A stretch of 64,000 bases of DNA from an uncultured bacterium (GCA_963827865.1 CAWHCO010000006.1:196579-260578), one strand, 5' to 3'. Positions 9,040 through 23,720 are shown, numbered from the stretch's first letter. A program made the numbers and translations. Notes: generated from the sequence alone by a model not told the origin.

Positions 9040-9387
9040 GTTGGTCCCCCCAGGAGCCCGAAGGGCTGCGTTGGTGGGAACGACCCCCTCCGGCGTCATG
9101 TTGGTCCCCCCAGCGTTGAGCGTTGGGGGGAAGGTACCGCAGCGGCGGAGCCGCTGGGGTAGGGGGTCCTAGCTACGTTGGTGAGAACCACCCCCTCCGT
9201 CCTCGGCTTCGCCGAGTCCACCTCCCCCAACACTCGCTTCGCTCGCGAGGGGAGGAAACAGCACCACCCCCTCCGGCGTCATGTTGGTCCCCCCAGCGTT
9301 GAGCGTTGGGGGGAAAGTACCGCAGCGGCGGAGCCGCTGGGGTAGGGGGGCGGTGCGATGACTGATGACTGAAGACTGAAGACTCAC
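9040..9387. repeat. cluster of modular GC-rich intergenic repeats (P and Q modules) plus a heptad array
   Basis: By-eye parsing, in order: P/Q fragments 9040-9099; P 9100-9166; Q in reverse orientation 9178-9259; Q fragment 9260-9282; P 9283-9350; GACTGAN x4 heptads 9360-9387. P = GTTGGTCCCCCCA-[variable loop]-TGGGGGGAARGTACCGCAGCGGC-GGA-GCCGCTGGGGTAGGGGG. Q (reverse) = GTTGGTGRGAAC..CCCCCTCCG-[short hairpin]-CCACCTCCCCCAACACTCGCTTCGCTCGCGAGGGGAGGAAAC. Confidence 0.85.
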
Positions 9388-9402
9388 TCCCGATGTGGTC
9401 AA

Positions 9403-10731
9403 ATGGCGCCTGTGAGCACGACCATCGGCATCTTCGATTCTGGGGTTGGCGGCCTCGCCGTGCTCGCAGAACTGGAACGCCTCGTGCCCGGCCACCCGAT
9501 GATCTACCTCGCCGACCAGGCGTGGATGCCCTACGGCGAACGGACCCTTCGCGAGGTGCGTGCCCGGTCTGAGGCGATGACCCGTCTGCTGCTCGACCGT
9601 GACGCCGGCGTCGTCGTGGTCGCCTGCAACAGCGCCTCGGCGGCAGCTCTGCGCCCGCTTCGCCGCACCTTTCCCGACATCCCGTTCGTCGGGATGGAAC
9701 CCGCCGTCAAGCCCGCTGCCGAGCAGACCGCCAAGGGGGTCATCGGTGTGCTCGCCACCAACGCGACCTTTCAGGGCGAGCTCTACGCGTCGGTCGTTGA
9801 CCGGCACGCGAGCGGAGTGTCGATCGTCGAGCAGGCGTGTCCGGGCCTGGCCATGGCCGTTGAGCGAGGTGACGCCGATGTTTCCAGGGCGCTCCTCGCC
9901 GAGTACCTGCCACCGCTCATCGACGGCGGCGCCGACACGGTGGTGCTCGGCTGCACCCACTACTCTTTCCTCGTTCCGCAGATCCGAGGGGCGATCGGAC
10001 CGGACGTGCGTGTGATCGACCCCGCACCCGCGGTGGCACGACAGGCACTCAGGCTCCTGCCGGGCCCGGTCCGATCAGACGGCCACACCGTGTATCTGAC
10101 CACCGGCGACCCGGCGGTGTTCTCCGCTCGGATACGGGAACTGCGTGGTGTCGCCATCGACCCGACCCACGTGACGATCTCCGAGCCGGCGACGATAGGC
10201 GACGCCGTCGATGCACTCCGGGCAGGGCTGGTCGTCGGCGTACCGACCGACACCGTGTACGGGATCGGTGTCGACCCGCGCAACCCGGACGCGGTCACCG
10301 CCCTCGCCGGCCTCAAGGGCCGTGCCTCGGATCGCCCGTTCCCCGTGCTGGCGGCGTCCATCGATCAGGCGCTCACGCTCGGCGCTTTCAACGACGCGGC
10401 ACGCAGGCTCGCCGCCGACCACTGGCCGGGTCCGCTCACCCTCGTCGTCACGGCGACGAGTGTGGTCCCCGGGGCCGAAGGGACGATCGGCCTGCGCGTC
10501 CCGGACCACCCGACCGCGCTCGCGCTCCTCGAAACCGCCGGTCCGCTCGCGGTGACCAGTGCCAATCTGAGCGGCGACGAGGAGACCCGGGACGACCGGC
10601 AGGCGAGGGCGATCTTCGGTGGGAAGGTCGCCGTCTACCTCGAAGGTCGCAGCCGCGGGGGCATCGCATCGACGGTGATCGACTGCACTGCAGCGAGCCC
10701 CGTCATCCTTCGCGCTGGACCTGTTGGTTGA
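9403..10731 (+). CDS. murI-tsaC: fusion protein: glutamate racemase (N-terminal about 265 aa) + YrdC/TsaC-type threonylcarbamoyl-AMP synthase domain (C-terminal about 175 aa)
   Basis: Single uninterrupted ORF 9403..10731. The N-terminal half has IGIFDSGVGGLAVL, VVACNSASAAAL and VLGCTHYSFL (both racemase Cys motifs). The C-terminal half has VVGVPTDTVYGIGVDP, LKGRASDRPFPVLAAS, HWPGPLTLVV, GLRVPDHP, AVTSANLSGDE and STVIDCT. Confidence 0.85.
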   Translation: MAPVSTTIGIFDSGVGGLAVLAELERLVPGHPMIYLADQAWMPYGERTLREVRARSEAMTRLLLDRDAGVVVVACNSASAAALRPLRRTFPDIPFVGMEPAVKPAAEQTAKGVIGVLATNATFQGELYASVVDRHASGVSIVEQACPGLAMAVERGDADVSRALLAEYLPPLIDGGADTVVLGCTHYSFLVPQIRGAIGPDVRVIDPAPAVARQALRLLPGPVRSDGHTVYLTTGDPAVFSARIRELRGVAIDPTHVTISEPATIGDAVDALRAGLVVGVPTDTVYGIGVDPRNPDAVTALAGLKGRASDRPFPVLAASIDQALTLGAFNDAARRLAADHWPGPLTLVVTATSVVPGAEGTIGLRVPDHPTALALLETAGPLAVTSANLSGDEETRDDRQARAIFGGKVAVYLEGRSRGGIASTVIDCTAASPVILRAGPVG

Positions 10732-10779
10732 GGTTCCGGCATGTGTAGCCTGAGGGTGGATTCCGGTATCGAGGTGTTC

Positions 10780-12051
10780 ATGACTGACATGCGTCCAATC
10801 GAGGAGATCGACCCGGCCGTCGCGGCCCTCATCGAGGCGGATGTGGACCGGCAGGATTCCCACATTCACCTCATCGCCTCTGAGAACTTCGCGTCCAGAG
10901 CCGTCATGGAGGCTTCCGGTTCGGTGTTCACCAACAAGTACGCCGAGGGATATCCGGGACGCCGCTACTACGAGGGTTGCCAGATCGTCGATGAGGTCGA
11001 GAACCTCGCCAGGGACCGAGCGATGGAGCTCTTCGGGGCCGAACACGCCAACGTGCAGGCCCACTCGGGTTCCCAGGCGAACATGGCCGCGTACTTCGCG
11101 ACGATCCAGCCTGGCGACACCGTTCTCGGGATGCGCCTCGACCAAGGTGGGCACCTCACGCACGGCTCGCCGGTCAGCTTTTCGGGTCAGCTCTACAACT
11201 TCGTCGCCTACGGCGTCGATCCCGACAGCGAAGTGATCGACATGGACGAGGTCAGACGCCTCGCTCTCGAGTACCGACCGCAGGTGCTCCTTGCCGGATA
11301 CTCGGCATACTCGAGGACGCTCGACTACCAGGCGTTCCGAGACATCTCCGACGAGGTCGGTGCCGTGTTCATCGTCGACGCCGCCCACTTCATCGGGATC
11401 GTTGCAGGCGGCGCCTACCCGAACCCTGTCCCATACGCCGATATCGTCACCGCTACCACCCACAAGGCCCTGCGCGGGCCCCGCGGTGGACTCATCCTCA
11501 GCAAGGAGGAGTTCGGGAAGGCCATCGACAAGGCGGTGTTCCCGGCGACGCAAGGTGGTGGGATCTTCAACCAGATCGCTGCCAAGGCCGTCTGCTTCCA
11601 GGAGGCGTCTACCCCCGAGTACCGAGAGTACGCCCACCAGGTCGTCCGCAACGCCAAGGCGATGGCAGAGCGGCTCACCTCAGGTGGCGTCCGGATCGTC
11701 AGCAGCACGACGGAGAACCACATGTTCCTCGCCGACATGCGCAGCATCGACGAAGACCTCACCGGCAAGGAAGCAGCGACCCTTCTCGACAGACTCGGCA
11801 TCACACTCAACAGGAACGCCATCCCGTTCGATCCGCGGTCCCCGTTCATCACCAGCGGCATACGCATCGGCACACCACCGGTGACCACCCAGGGATTGAG
11901 GGAGGCCGAGGTCGAGCAGGTCGCCGATCTGATCGCCCGCGCACTCCACGAACGCCACGACGAAGTGGCGCTCAAGGAGGTCGGCCACGCAGTCGGTGAG
12001 CTGGCATCGCGGTTCCCGCCGTACGGGGACGGATTCATCGGCCACGTCTAG
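10780..12051 (+). CDS. glyA: serine hydroxymethyltransferase
   Basis: In frame with ORF 10741..12051. ATG 10780 gives [12 protein letters not shown]. Also seen: [32 protein letters not shown], and [12 protein letters not shown] (PLP lysine). Confidence 0.95.
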   Translation: MTDMRPIEEIDPAVAALIEADVDRQDSHIHLIASENFASRAVMEASGSVFTNKYAEGYPGRRYYEGCQIVDEVENLARDRAMELFGAEHANVQAHSGSQANMAAYFATIQPGDTVLGMRLDQGGHLTHGSPVSFSGQLYNFVAYGVDPDSEVIDMDEVRRLALEYRPQVLLAGYSAYSRTLDYQAFRDISDEVGAVFIVDAAHFIGIVAGGAYPNPVPYADIVTATTHKALRGPRGGLILSKEEFGKAIDKAVFPATQGGGIFNQIAAKAVCFQEASTPEYREYAHQVVRNAKAMAERLTSGGVRIVSSTTENHMFLADMRSIDEDLTGKEAATLLDRLGITLNRNAIPFDPRSPFITSGIRIGTPPVTTQGLREAEVEQVADLIARALHERHDEVALKEVGHAVGELASRFPPYGDGFIGHV

Positions 12052-12063
12052 CTTGCTTCGCAA

Positions 12064-12195
12064 ACAGCTGACAGCCCACAGCTGACAGCCTGTTTCCTCC
12101 CCTCGCGAGCGGAGCGAGTGTTGGGGGAGGTGGCCGAGGCGAAGCCGAGGACGGAGGGGGCCGTTCCCCCAACGCTCAACGCTGGGGGGACCAAC
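12064..12195. repeat. heptad array + Q module + P fragment downstream of glyA
   Basis: GCTGACA/GCCCACA/GCTGACA heptads at 12064-12090. Q (forward) GTTTCCTCCCCTCGCGAGCGGAGCGAGTGTTGGGGGAGGTGG... at 12092-12165. Reverse P fragment CCCCCAACGCTCAACGCTGGGGGGACCAAC ends at 12195. Confidence 0.8.
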
Positions 12196-12371
12196 GAACC
12201 CAAGGCTGATCGCTGTGAGCTGGGGAGCACCCAGCTGCCGGCTACCGGTAGAGTGGTGCCTGTGCGCCAGGATCCCGTGTGGACCTCGTCGACGCGCCCA
12301 GGACGACATACCGTGTACCGCCGGGCGGAGCCCGGTTGGCTGATTTGCAAAGCCGAGGGGGATCGGTAACG

Positions 12372-12593
12372 ATGCCGCCGAACTACAGCGCTGGAAGAGG
12401 AATCGCCGAGGCAGCGGACGTCTCGAGCCGTTTCTTCGGGTCGGTGGTGTCGGGAGGAGTGCTCGGCTGGTTGCTCGATCGATGGTTGGGTACCTGGCCG
12501 TGGCTCGTGTCTCTCGGAACGATCGCAGGATTCGTGCTCGGGTTCTACTGGATGCTGCACTACGCGAGGGAGATTGAGCGGCGTGGACGTTGA
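12372..12593 (+). CDS. small membrane protein of the ATP synthase operon (AtpZ/'putative F0F1-ATPase subunit' type)
   Basis: In frame with ORF 12279..12593. ATG 12372 gives MPPNYSAGRG... It has two hydrophobic helices (FFGSVVSGGVLGWLL and WLVSLGTIAGFVLGFYWM) and sits immediately upstream of the atp genes. Confidence 0.6.
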   Translation: MPPNYSAGRGIAEAADVSSRFFGSVVSGGVLGWLLDRWLGTWPWLVSLGTIAGFVLGFYWMLHYAREIERRGR

Positions 12594-12600
12594 AGCCCGC

Positions 12601-12947
12601 ATGGGATCGGAGATGGCGCGGCGCTCGCTGTGGTTCGGTCCGGTCGTCGCAGCCGTTGTCCTCCTCATCGGCGGCCCGCCGGCCGCTCTCGCGGCGATCG
12701 CCGGCGCTGCAGTGGTCGCCCTCATCTTCTTCCTCTCCGGCAAGACGCTCTCGTGGGCGGCCCGGCGTTCTCCGACGGCGCTCGGCACCGCGGCACTCGC
12801 CGGATTCCTCGTCCGATTGGTGCTGCTGACCGCATTCGTCTGGGTCTCGATCCGCTTTCTACAATTGGACCTCATCGGGCTCTTCGCGGGGCTTGGTGTC
12901 ACGTACATCGGGTTGCTCGTGATGCAAGCCCGGAAGGAGGCTGTCAG

Positions 12948-12951
<4 letters not shown>
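12601..12951 (+). CDS. atpI: ATP synthase protein I-like membrane protein
   Basis: In frame with ORF 12574..12951 (TTG 12574 or ATG 12601). About four hydrophobic segments. The end overlaps the atpB start (GTGA at 12948-12951). Confidence 0.6.
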
Positions 12952-14497
<1,546 letters not shown>

Positions 14498-14498
<1 letters not shown>

Positions 14499-15031
14499 TG
14501 AACGACCGGATCGAAGGGTACGCCGAGGCGATCTTCGCGATTGCGAGCGCAGAAGGGAACCTGGACTCGGTCGAGGCCGAGCTGTTCGCCGTCGCTCGCG
14601 GGATCGATGCATCGCCCGAACTGGCCGACGCGCTCGCAGATCCGCGCCTCCCGAACGAACGCAAGGAGGCGGTGCTCGCCGATCTGCTCGAAGGCAAGGC
14701 GTCCAGCCTCACCGCGTCGTTCGTACAGTTCGTCGCGCGCCTCGGCCGCGCACGGGACATCCCGGAGGTCGTGGACGCGTTCGTGGCACGGTCCGCCGCA
14801 TCACGCAACAAGGCGGTGGCGGAGGTCCGTGCAGCGGTGCCGCTGGATGCCGAGACGCTCCGGCGGCTCGAAGAAGCGCTGGGCAAGGCAACGGGCAAGA
14901 CCGTAGAAGTGAAACTCGTCGTCGATCCGAGTGTCGTCGGCGGCGTGATCGCAACGGTCGGTGACATCGTGATCGACGGCTCGGTCCGGCACCGCTTCGA
15001 GAGCCTTCGCCAGACCCTGAAGAGCCGATGA
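14498..15031 (+). CDS. atpH: F0F1 ATP synthase subunit delta
   Basis: ORF 14498..15031. [13 protein letters not shown] start and C-terminal [24 protein letters not shown] (OSCP family). Confidence 0.9.
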
Positions 15032-15041
15032 AGGAGCAACG

Positions 15042-16553
<1,512 letters not shown>

Positions 16554-16564
16554 GAGACGAGTCG

Positions 16565-19193
<2,629 letters not shown>

Positions 19194-19287
19194 CTTCCCG
19201 TCTGCGGTGATTCCCCAACTACACTGAGGATGTCCAATTCTGGGCACTTCAAACGGCTCGCTCGAGCCGATCCCACAAGGAGGATGA

Positions 19288-20553
19288 ATGATGTTTGCTA
19301 AGAGGGGAGCGCTGATCGCGATTGTCGCGGTCTTCGCGCTCGTCGTAGCCGCGTGCGGAGGCACGTCGACGACGACTACCACCGAAGCCAGTAGCGGTAC
19401 AACCGCCGCCGGGGCGACGACGACCACCGAGGCGATGGCGACAACGACCACCGAGGCGATGGCCGACCTGACCGGCACGATCCAGCTGTGGCACGCGTGG
19501 AAGGACGCCGAGATTGAAAGCCTCAACGAGGTGATCGCAGGTTTCCAGGCGCTGCATCCGAACGTCACGTTCGACGTGCTGTATGTGCCATTTGACGACC
19601 TGCAGAACAAGGTGACCACTGAGTGGAGCACCGGCACCGGACCGTCCGTGCTGATCGGTGCAACCGACTGGGCGTCGTCCTTCCTCGACGCGGATCTGAT
19701 CTACGACATGAAGGGAATGGTCTCCCAGGACGTCCTCGACACGATCAACCCGGCCGCGCTGAGCGCCGTTGACTACAACGGTGTGTATGCAGGTCTCCCA
19801 GAGACGCTGAAGGGCGTTGTCATGTTCCGCAACAAGACGCTCGTTCCCGACGCGCCGGCGACGTTCGACGACGTTCTCGCAGCCGGCAATGCCAGCTTGG
19901 AGCGTGGCTTCTTCTTCTCGATGGCCAACCTCGTCACCGCCTGCGGCGGCCAGGTCGCCGATGCCGACGGGATGCCTGCGTTCAACACGGACGCCGGCGT
20001 GTGCTGGCTCGAGTTGCTGAACCAGTACCCGAGCCCGACGTACAACACCGACGATGACGTCGATACGTTCAAGGCGGGTCAGTCCGGCATCGTCATCGAC
20101 GGCACCTGGAACATCGGTGCGTTGTCCGAGGCGATCGGCGCCGACAACCTGGCGATCGACGCCTGGCCGACCACGGAGAATGGCGCCATGTCCGGAGTGG
20201 TGCAGACCGAGTCGATCTACATCAGCAACAACACGACCGATGCCGATCTGGACGCCGCCAAGGCGTTCGTCGAGTACTTCCTGTCGCCCGAGGCGCAGAA
20301 GATCCTCTCCGACTCCACCAAGGCTGCCCACATTCCGGCGGTCAGCGGTGTCGAAGTGACCGATCCGCTCCTCGCCGGTGCAGTCTCCGCGTTCAGTGGC
20401 GGGATCGCCCAGCCACGGTTCGGCGGCTGCTACTGGGGCAACATGGACACGGCCCTCAACTCGTACTTCGGTGGTGAGGCGACCGCTCAGGAGGCTCTCC
20501 AGAACGCGGCCGACATCATCGGCAACGCCGTCACGGCAGGCGAGTGCAGCTAG
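19288..20553 (+). CDS. ABC sugar (maltodextrin-type) substrate-binding lipoprotein
   Basis: ORF 19288..20553. Signal/lipobox LVVAACGG, a Thr-rich linker with the duplicated segment ATTTTEAMA, and MalE-like features (LWHAWKD, FKAGQSGIVIDGTWN). Confidence 0.85.
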   Translation: MMFAKRGALIAIVAVFALVVAACGGTSTTTTTEASSGTTAAGATTTTEAMATTTTEAMADLTGTIQLWHAWKDAEIESLNEVIAGFQALHPNVTFDVLYVPFDDLQNKVTTEWSTGTGPSVLIGATDWASSFLDADLIYDMKGMVSQDVLDTINPAALSAVDYNGVYAGLPETLKGVVMFRNKTLVPDAPATFDDVLAAGNASLERGFFFSMANLVTACGGQVADADGMPAFNTDAGVCWLELLNQYPSPTYNTDDDVDTFKAGQSGIVIDGTWNIGALSEAIGADNLAIDAWPTTENGAMSGVVQTESIYISNNTTDADLDAAKAFVEYFLSPEAQKILSDSTKAAHIPAVSGVEVTDPLLAGAVSAFSGGIAQPRFGGCYWGNMDTALNSYFGGEATAQEALQNAADIIGNAVTAGECS

Positions 20554-20570
20554 TCGAAACCGACTGAATG

Positions 20571-20600
20571 AAAGGGGCGGGTGCCAGCACCCGCCCCTTT
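20571..20600 (+). terminator. strong GC hairpin between the binding-protein gene and the first permease gene (candidate attenuator or intra-operon terminator)
   Basis: AAAGGGGCGGGTGC (20571-20584) pairs with GCACCCGCCCCTTT (20587-20600). Perfect 14-nt complementary arms; the apical base pairs must open to form a loop. It sits 18 nt after the stop at 20553. Confidence 0.6.
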
Positions 20601-20631
20601 GCTGTCTCTATACTCCCGCCACGGAGGAGAC

Positions 20632-21639
20632 GTGACCGTAGCGAGGGTGGGACGTCGACAACAGAGCATCTGGCGCCGGGCACGCAAGTCGCTGGGACCT
20701 TGGGCGTACATCGCCCCCGCAGGTGTCATCATGGCGGTGATCTCGTTCTTCCCGCAGGCCTTCCAGATCTGGATGGCCTTCACCAACTTCACGGTCAAGA
20801 ACCTCCGCTTCAATGTGTTCAACCCGGATACGTGGGCGAAGTACGCCCCGTCCGCCGTCGGGTTCGACAACTTCGTTCGCATCGTCAAGAGCGACCTGCC
20901 GATCTCGACCTACGACTTCCCGAGGATCCTCGGCTGGAACTTGTCGTGGACGTTCATCAACCTGATCTTCCACGTCTCCCTCGGCATCGGTATCGCCATA
21001 GCGCTCAACTCGAGGAGAGTGTTCTTCCGGCGGTTCTATCGGGCGATGTTCGTGATCCCGTGGGCGCTGCCCGCCTACGTGAGCGCCCTCACATGGGCGA
21101 ACATGTTCAACAAGGACTTCGGCGCGGTCAACCAACTGTTCCACACGAACATCGACTGGCTTGGCCAGGGGACTGTCGCGGGCCCCTTCGGCGGGATACT
21201 GTCCTGGCTTCCGTGGGCAGCGTACGCCGTCATCCTCGCGAACGTGTGGCTGGGCTGGCCGTTCATGATGGTGGTCGCGACAGGTGCGCTCCAATCGATC
21301 CCGCATGAGCTGTACGAGGCTTCACGGATCGACGGTGCGTCGGGCTGGCAGCAGTTCCGGTTCGTCACGATGCCACTGATCCGTCCCGCCATGGTGCCGG
21401 CGATCATGCTTGGGTCAATCTGGACGTTCAACCAGTTCAACGTGATCTACTTCATCTCACGTGGTGGTCCGCTCGGCCGTACCGAAATCCTGATCACCCA
21501 GGCGTTCAAGCTGGTCTATGAGAATCAGCTCTATGGGGTCGCGGCGGCGTTCAGCATCGTCACGTTCTTCATCCTGTTGATCATCACCCTGATCCAGAAC
21601 CGAGTCACGAGAGCGACGGAATCCTATGACCTTGCGTAG
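20632..21639 (+). CDS. ABC sugar transporter permease (MalF-like)
   Basis: In frame with ORF 20581..21639. I prefer GTG 20632 because GGAGGA lies at 20623-20628 and it is downstream of the hairpin. EAA loop LYEASRIDGASGWQQFRFVTMPLIRP. Six hydrophobic segments. Confidence 0.85.
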   Translation: MTVARVGRRQQSIWRRARKSLGPWAYIAPAGVIMAVISFFPQAFQIWMAFTNFTVKNLRFNVFNPDTWAKYAPSAVGFDNFVRIVKSDLPISTYDFPRILGWNLSWTFINLIFHVSLGIGIAIALNSRRVFFRRFYRAMFVIPWALPAYVSALTWANMFNKDFGAVNQLFHTNIDWLGQGTVAGPFGGILSWLPWAAYAVILANVWLGWPFMMVVATGALQSIPHELYEASRIDGASGWQQFRFVTMPLIRPAMVPAIMLGSIWTFNQFNVIYFISRGGPLGRTEILITQAFKLVYENQLYGVAAAFSIVTFFILLIITLIQNRVTRATESYDLA

Positions 21640-22567
21640 CTTCTTCCGAAAAGAGCCCAAGGTCCGGGACCCTTGGCTACCCAAAGACGTCCTCAAACAG
21701 GTCGCCCTTCAGGTGTTCCTGCTGATGGTGCTCGCGCTGGTCCTGTTCCCGGTCGTGTGGATCGTGTCGATGGCGATCGACCCTCGCAACATCTCCAAGC
21801 CACTGGAACTCACGCTGATCCCACCGGGGGCATCGCTCGCCGCGTTCAAGAAGGTGCTGTTCGAGCCCTTCGCGCTCCTCTGCAGCACTCCGGGGGACCC
21901 GCAGAGCTGCATGAAGTTCAGCGGCCTGCTGGTCAACAGCCTGTTGTTGTCACTCGGAACTGCCGTGTTCGCCGTCGGTCTCGGGGCGTCCGCAGCGTAC
22001 GCGTTCTCCCGATTCAAGTTCATCGGCAGGCAGGCCGGCATGCTCGGGTTCATCTTCCTGCTGATGATGCCGTCCACCGGTCTGCTCGCTCCGCTGTTCG
22101 TGTTGCTCTCGCAGATCAAGGTGGCCGGTGAGCCGTTGCGGTCCACGCTGCTCGGTTTGGCCATTGCCTACTCGGCCGGTGCGTTGCCGTTCGCCGTGTG
22201 GAACCTCAAGGGCTACTTCGATACGGTGCCCAAAGAGTTGGAGGAAGCTGCGCTGGTCGACGGTGCCAGCACGTTCACGACGTTCTTTCGCATCATTCTC
22301 CCCCTCTCGACGCCGGCAATGGCGGTGACAGTGCTGTTCTCGTTCATGACGGGCTGGACCGAGTTCATCTTGGCGTGGAACTTCCTGAGCAAGCCGAGTC
22401 GTTTCACGCTTGCGATGGCGTTGCGATCGATGCAGGGGCAGTTCACGACCCCGTGGTCGGAGTTCGCGGCCATGTCGATCCTGATGTCGATCCCGATCAT
22501 CGTGATGTTCTTCGCGTTGCAGCGGTGGATCGTGTCCGGGTTGACCATCGGCAGCGTCAAGGGATGA
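21626..22567 (+). CDS. ABC sugar transporter permease (MalG-like)
   Basis: ORF 21626..22567. EAA loop LEEAALVDGASTFTTFFRIILPLSTP. Overlaps the upstream permease by 14 nt. Confidence 0.9.
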   Translation: MTLRSFFRKEPKVRDPWLPKDVLKQVALQVFLLMVLALVLFPVVWIVSMAIDPRNISKPLELTLIPPGASLAAFKKVLFEPFALLCSTPGDPQSCMKFSGLLVNSLLLSLGTAVFAVGLGASAAYAFSRFKFIGRQAGMLGFIFLLMMPSTGLLAPLFVLLSQIKVAGEPLRSTLLGLAIAYSAGALPFAVWNLKGYFDTVPKELEEAALVDGASTFTTFFRIILPLSTPAMAVTVLFSFMTGWTEFILAWNFLSKPSRFTLAMALRSMQGQFTTPWSEFAAMSILMSIPIIVMFFALQRWIVSGLTIGSVKG

Positions 22568-23697
22568 CCTCCCGGCGGTTCGCCACACTGCTTTTCAGTG
22601 TGCTGCTCGTCTCGTGCGTCGAGACGACGCCCCCGTCATCGACGACCACCACCGCGACGACTCAACCGACGACGACGGTATCACCGCCGGGCGAGGGTCT
22701 CACGGTGTGGGTCGACGATGCTCGGTACGACCTGATCGCCGGCGCTGCGGCGTCCTTCGGCGAGGCGAGTGGCATCGCCGTCGACGTGAGCAGGGTGAGC
22801 TTCGATGACACGCTCGCCGCCGTCATGGCAGGCGAGGGTCCGGACGTGTTCCTTGCGTCACACGAGCATCTCGGGGAGTTCCTCAGGGACGGGCTCGTGC
22901 AGCCCATCGAGCTCGACCGGCTCGATCTCGATCCTGTCGCCGTCGACGCCGTTTCGGACGGCGATGTCACGTACGGGGTGCCGTACGGGATGGAGGCGGT
23001 CGCCCTGTTCACCAGGGGCGGGGGCGACGCGTCGTTCGCCGATGTCGCCGCTGCCGGTGGGACGGTGGGGGTTCCCGACCACTGGTTCTACGCCTACGGG
23101 TTCCTGTCGGCGTCGGGCGGCTACCTGTTCGGATCTTCGATCGACGACATCGGCTTGTCGGGAGGGGCTATGGGCCTTGCTGCGCTTCAGCAGCTGATCG
23201 CGAACGGCACCGTCACCGTTGCCCCCTACGCAGATCTCGTGGACGAGTTCACTGCCGGTGATGTCGACGCCCTGGTGACGGGACCGTGGCAGGTGGCTCC
23301 GTTCGTCGACACGGACACCGAGTTCAGCGTCGTTCCACTCCCGACACTCGACGGCATGACGCTTCGTCCGCTGGTCGGCGTGCAGGCGTTCTTCGTGGCT
23401 GCCGACGCCAACGGGGATCTGGCTGCATCGTTTGTGAGGGAAGTGCTCCAGTCGCCTGACGTGCTGGCTGGAGCGGCCGCCGCCGACGATCGGGTTCCCG
23501 CCTACCTTCCCGCCCGTGGCGACTACCTGTATCCGGGGTTCGTGGCGGGCGTCGACGGTGGCGATCTGATTCCGAGCTTCCCGGACGCGGCGCCGGCATG
23601 GGATCCGCTCACCGGCCTGTTCGACGACGTTTTCGCGGGCCTGCCCCCACCTCTCGCCGACACTGAAGCGACGATCCGGAACATGGTTTCGCCGTGA
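22564..23697 (+). CDS. second extracellular solute-binding lipoprotein (MalE-like)
   Basis: In frame with ORF 22198..23697. ATG 22564 overlaps the permease stop (ATGA). Signal/lipobox LLFSVLLVSC, a Thr-rich linker, then LTVWVDDARYDLI and LVTGPWQVAPF. Confidence 0.7.
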   Translation: MTSRRFATLLFSVLLVSCVETTPPSSTTTTATTQPTTTVSPPGEGLTVWVDDARYDLIAGAAASFGEASGIAVDVSRVSFDDTLAAVMAGEGPDVFLASHEHLGEFLRDGLVQPIELDRLDLDPVAVDAVSDGDVTYGVPYGMEAVALFTRGGGDASFADVAAAGGTVGVPDHWFYAYGFLSASGGYLFGSSIDDIGLSGGAMGLAALQQLIANGTVTVAPYADLVDEFTAGDVDALVTGPWQVAPFVDTDTEFSVVPLPTLDGMTLRPLVGVQAFFVAADANGDLAASFVREVLQSPDVLAGAAAADDRVPAYLPARGDYLYPGFVAGVDGGDLIPSFPDAAPAWDPLTGLFDDVFAGLPPPLADTEATIRNMVSP

Positions 23698-23720
23698 ATG
23701 CGCCCTCTACACTCCGCCGC

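Noticed and set aside
9040-9400. The possibility that the intergenic repeat clusters are CRISPR arrays
   Set aside because: Repeat modules abut or overlap each other with no unique spacers of regular length. They occur in both orientations and at many dispersed loci. No cas genes are present in the window.
19254-19270. Short palindrome CGGCTCGCTCGAGCCG upstream of the sugar-binding protein gene, as a possible operator or terminator
   Set aside because: It forms only a 5-7 bp stem with a minimal loop, has no flanking T-tract and has no second copy, so the evidence is too weak for either role.
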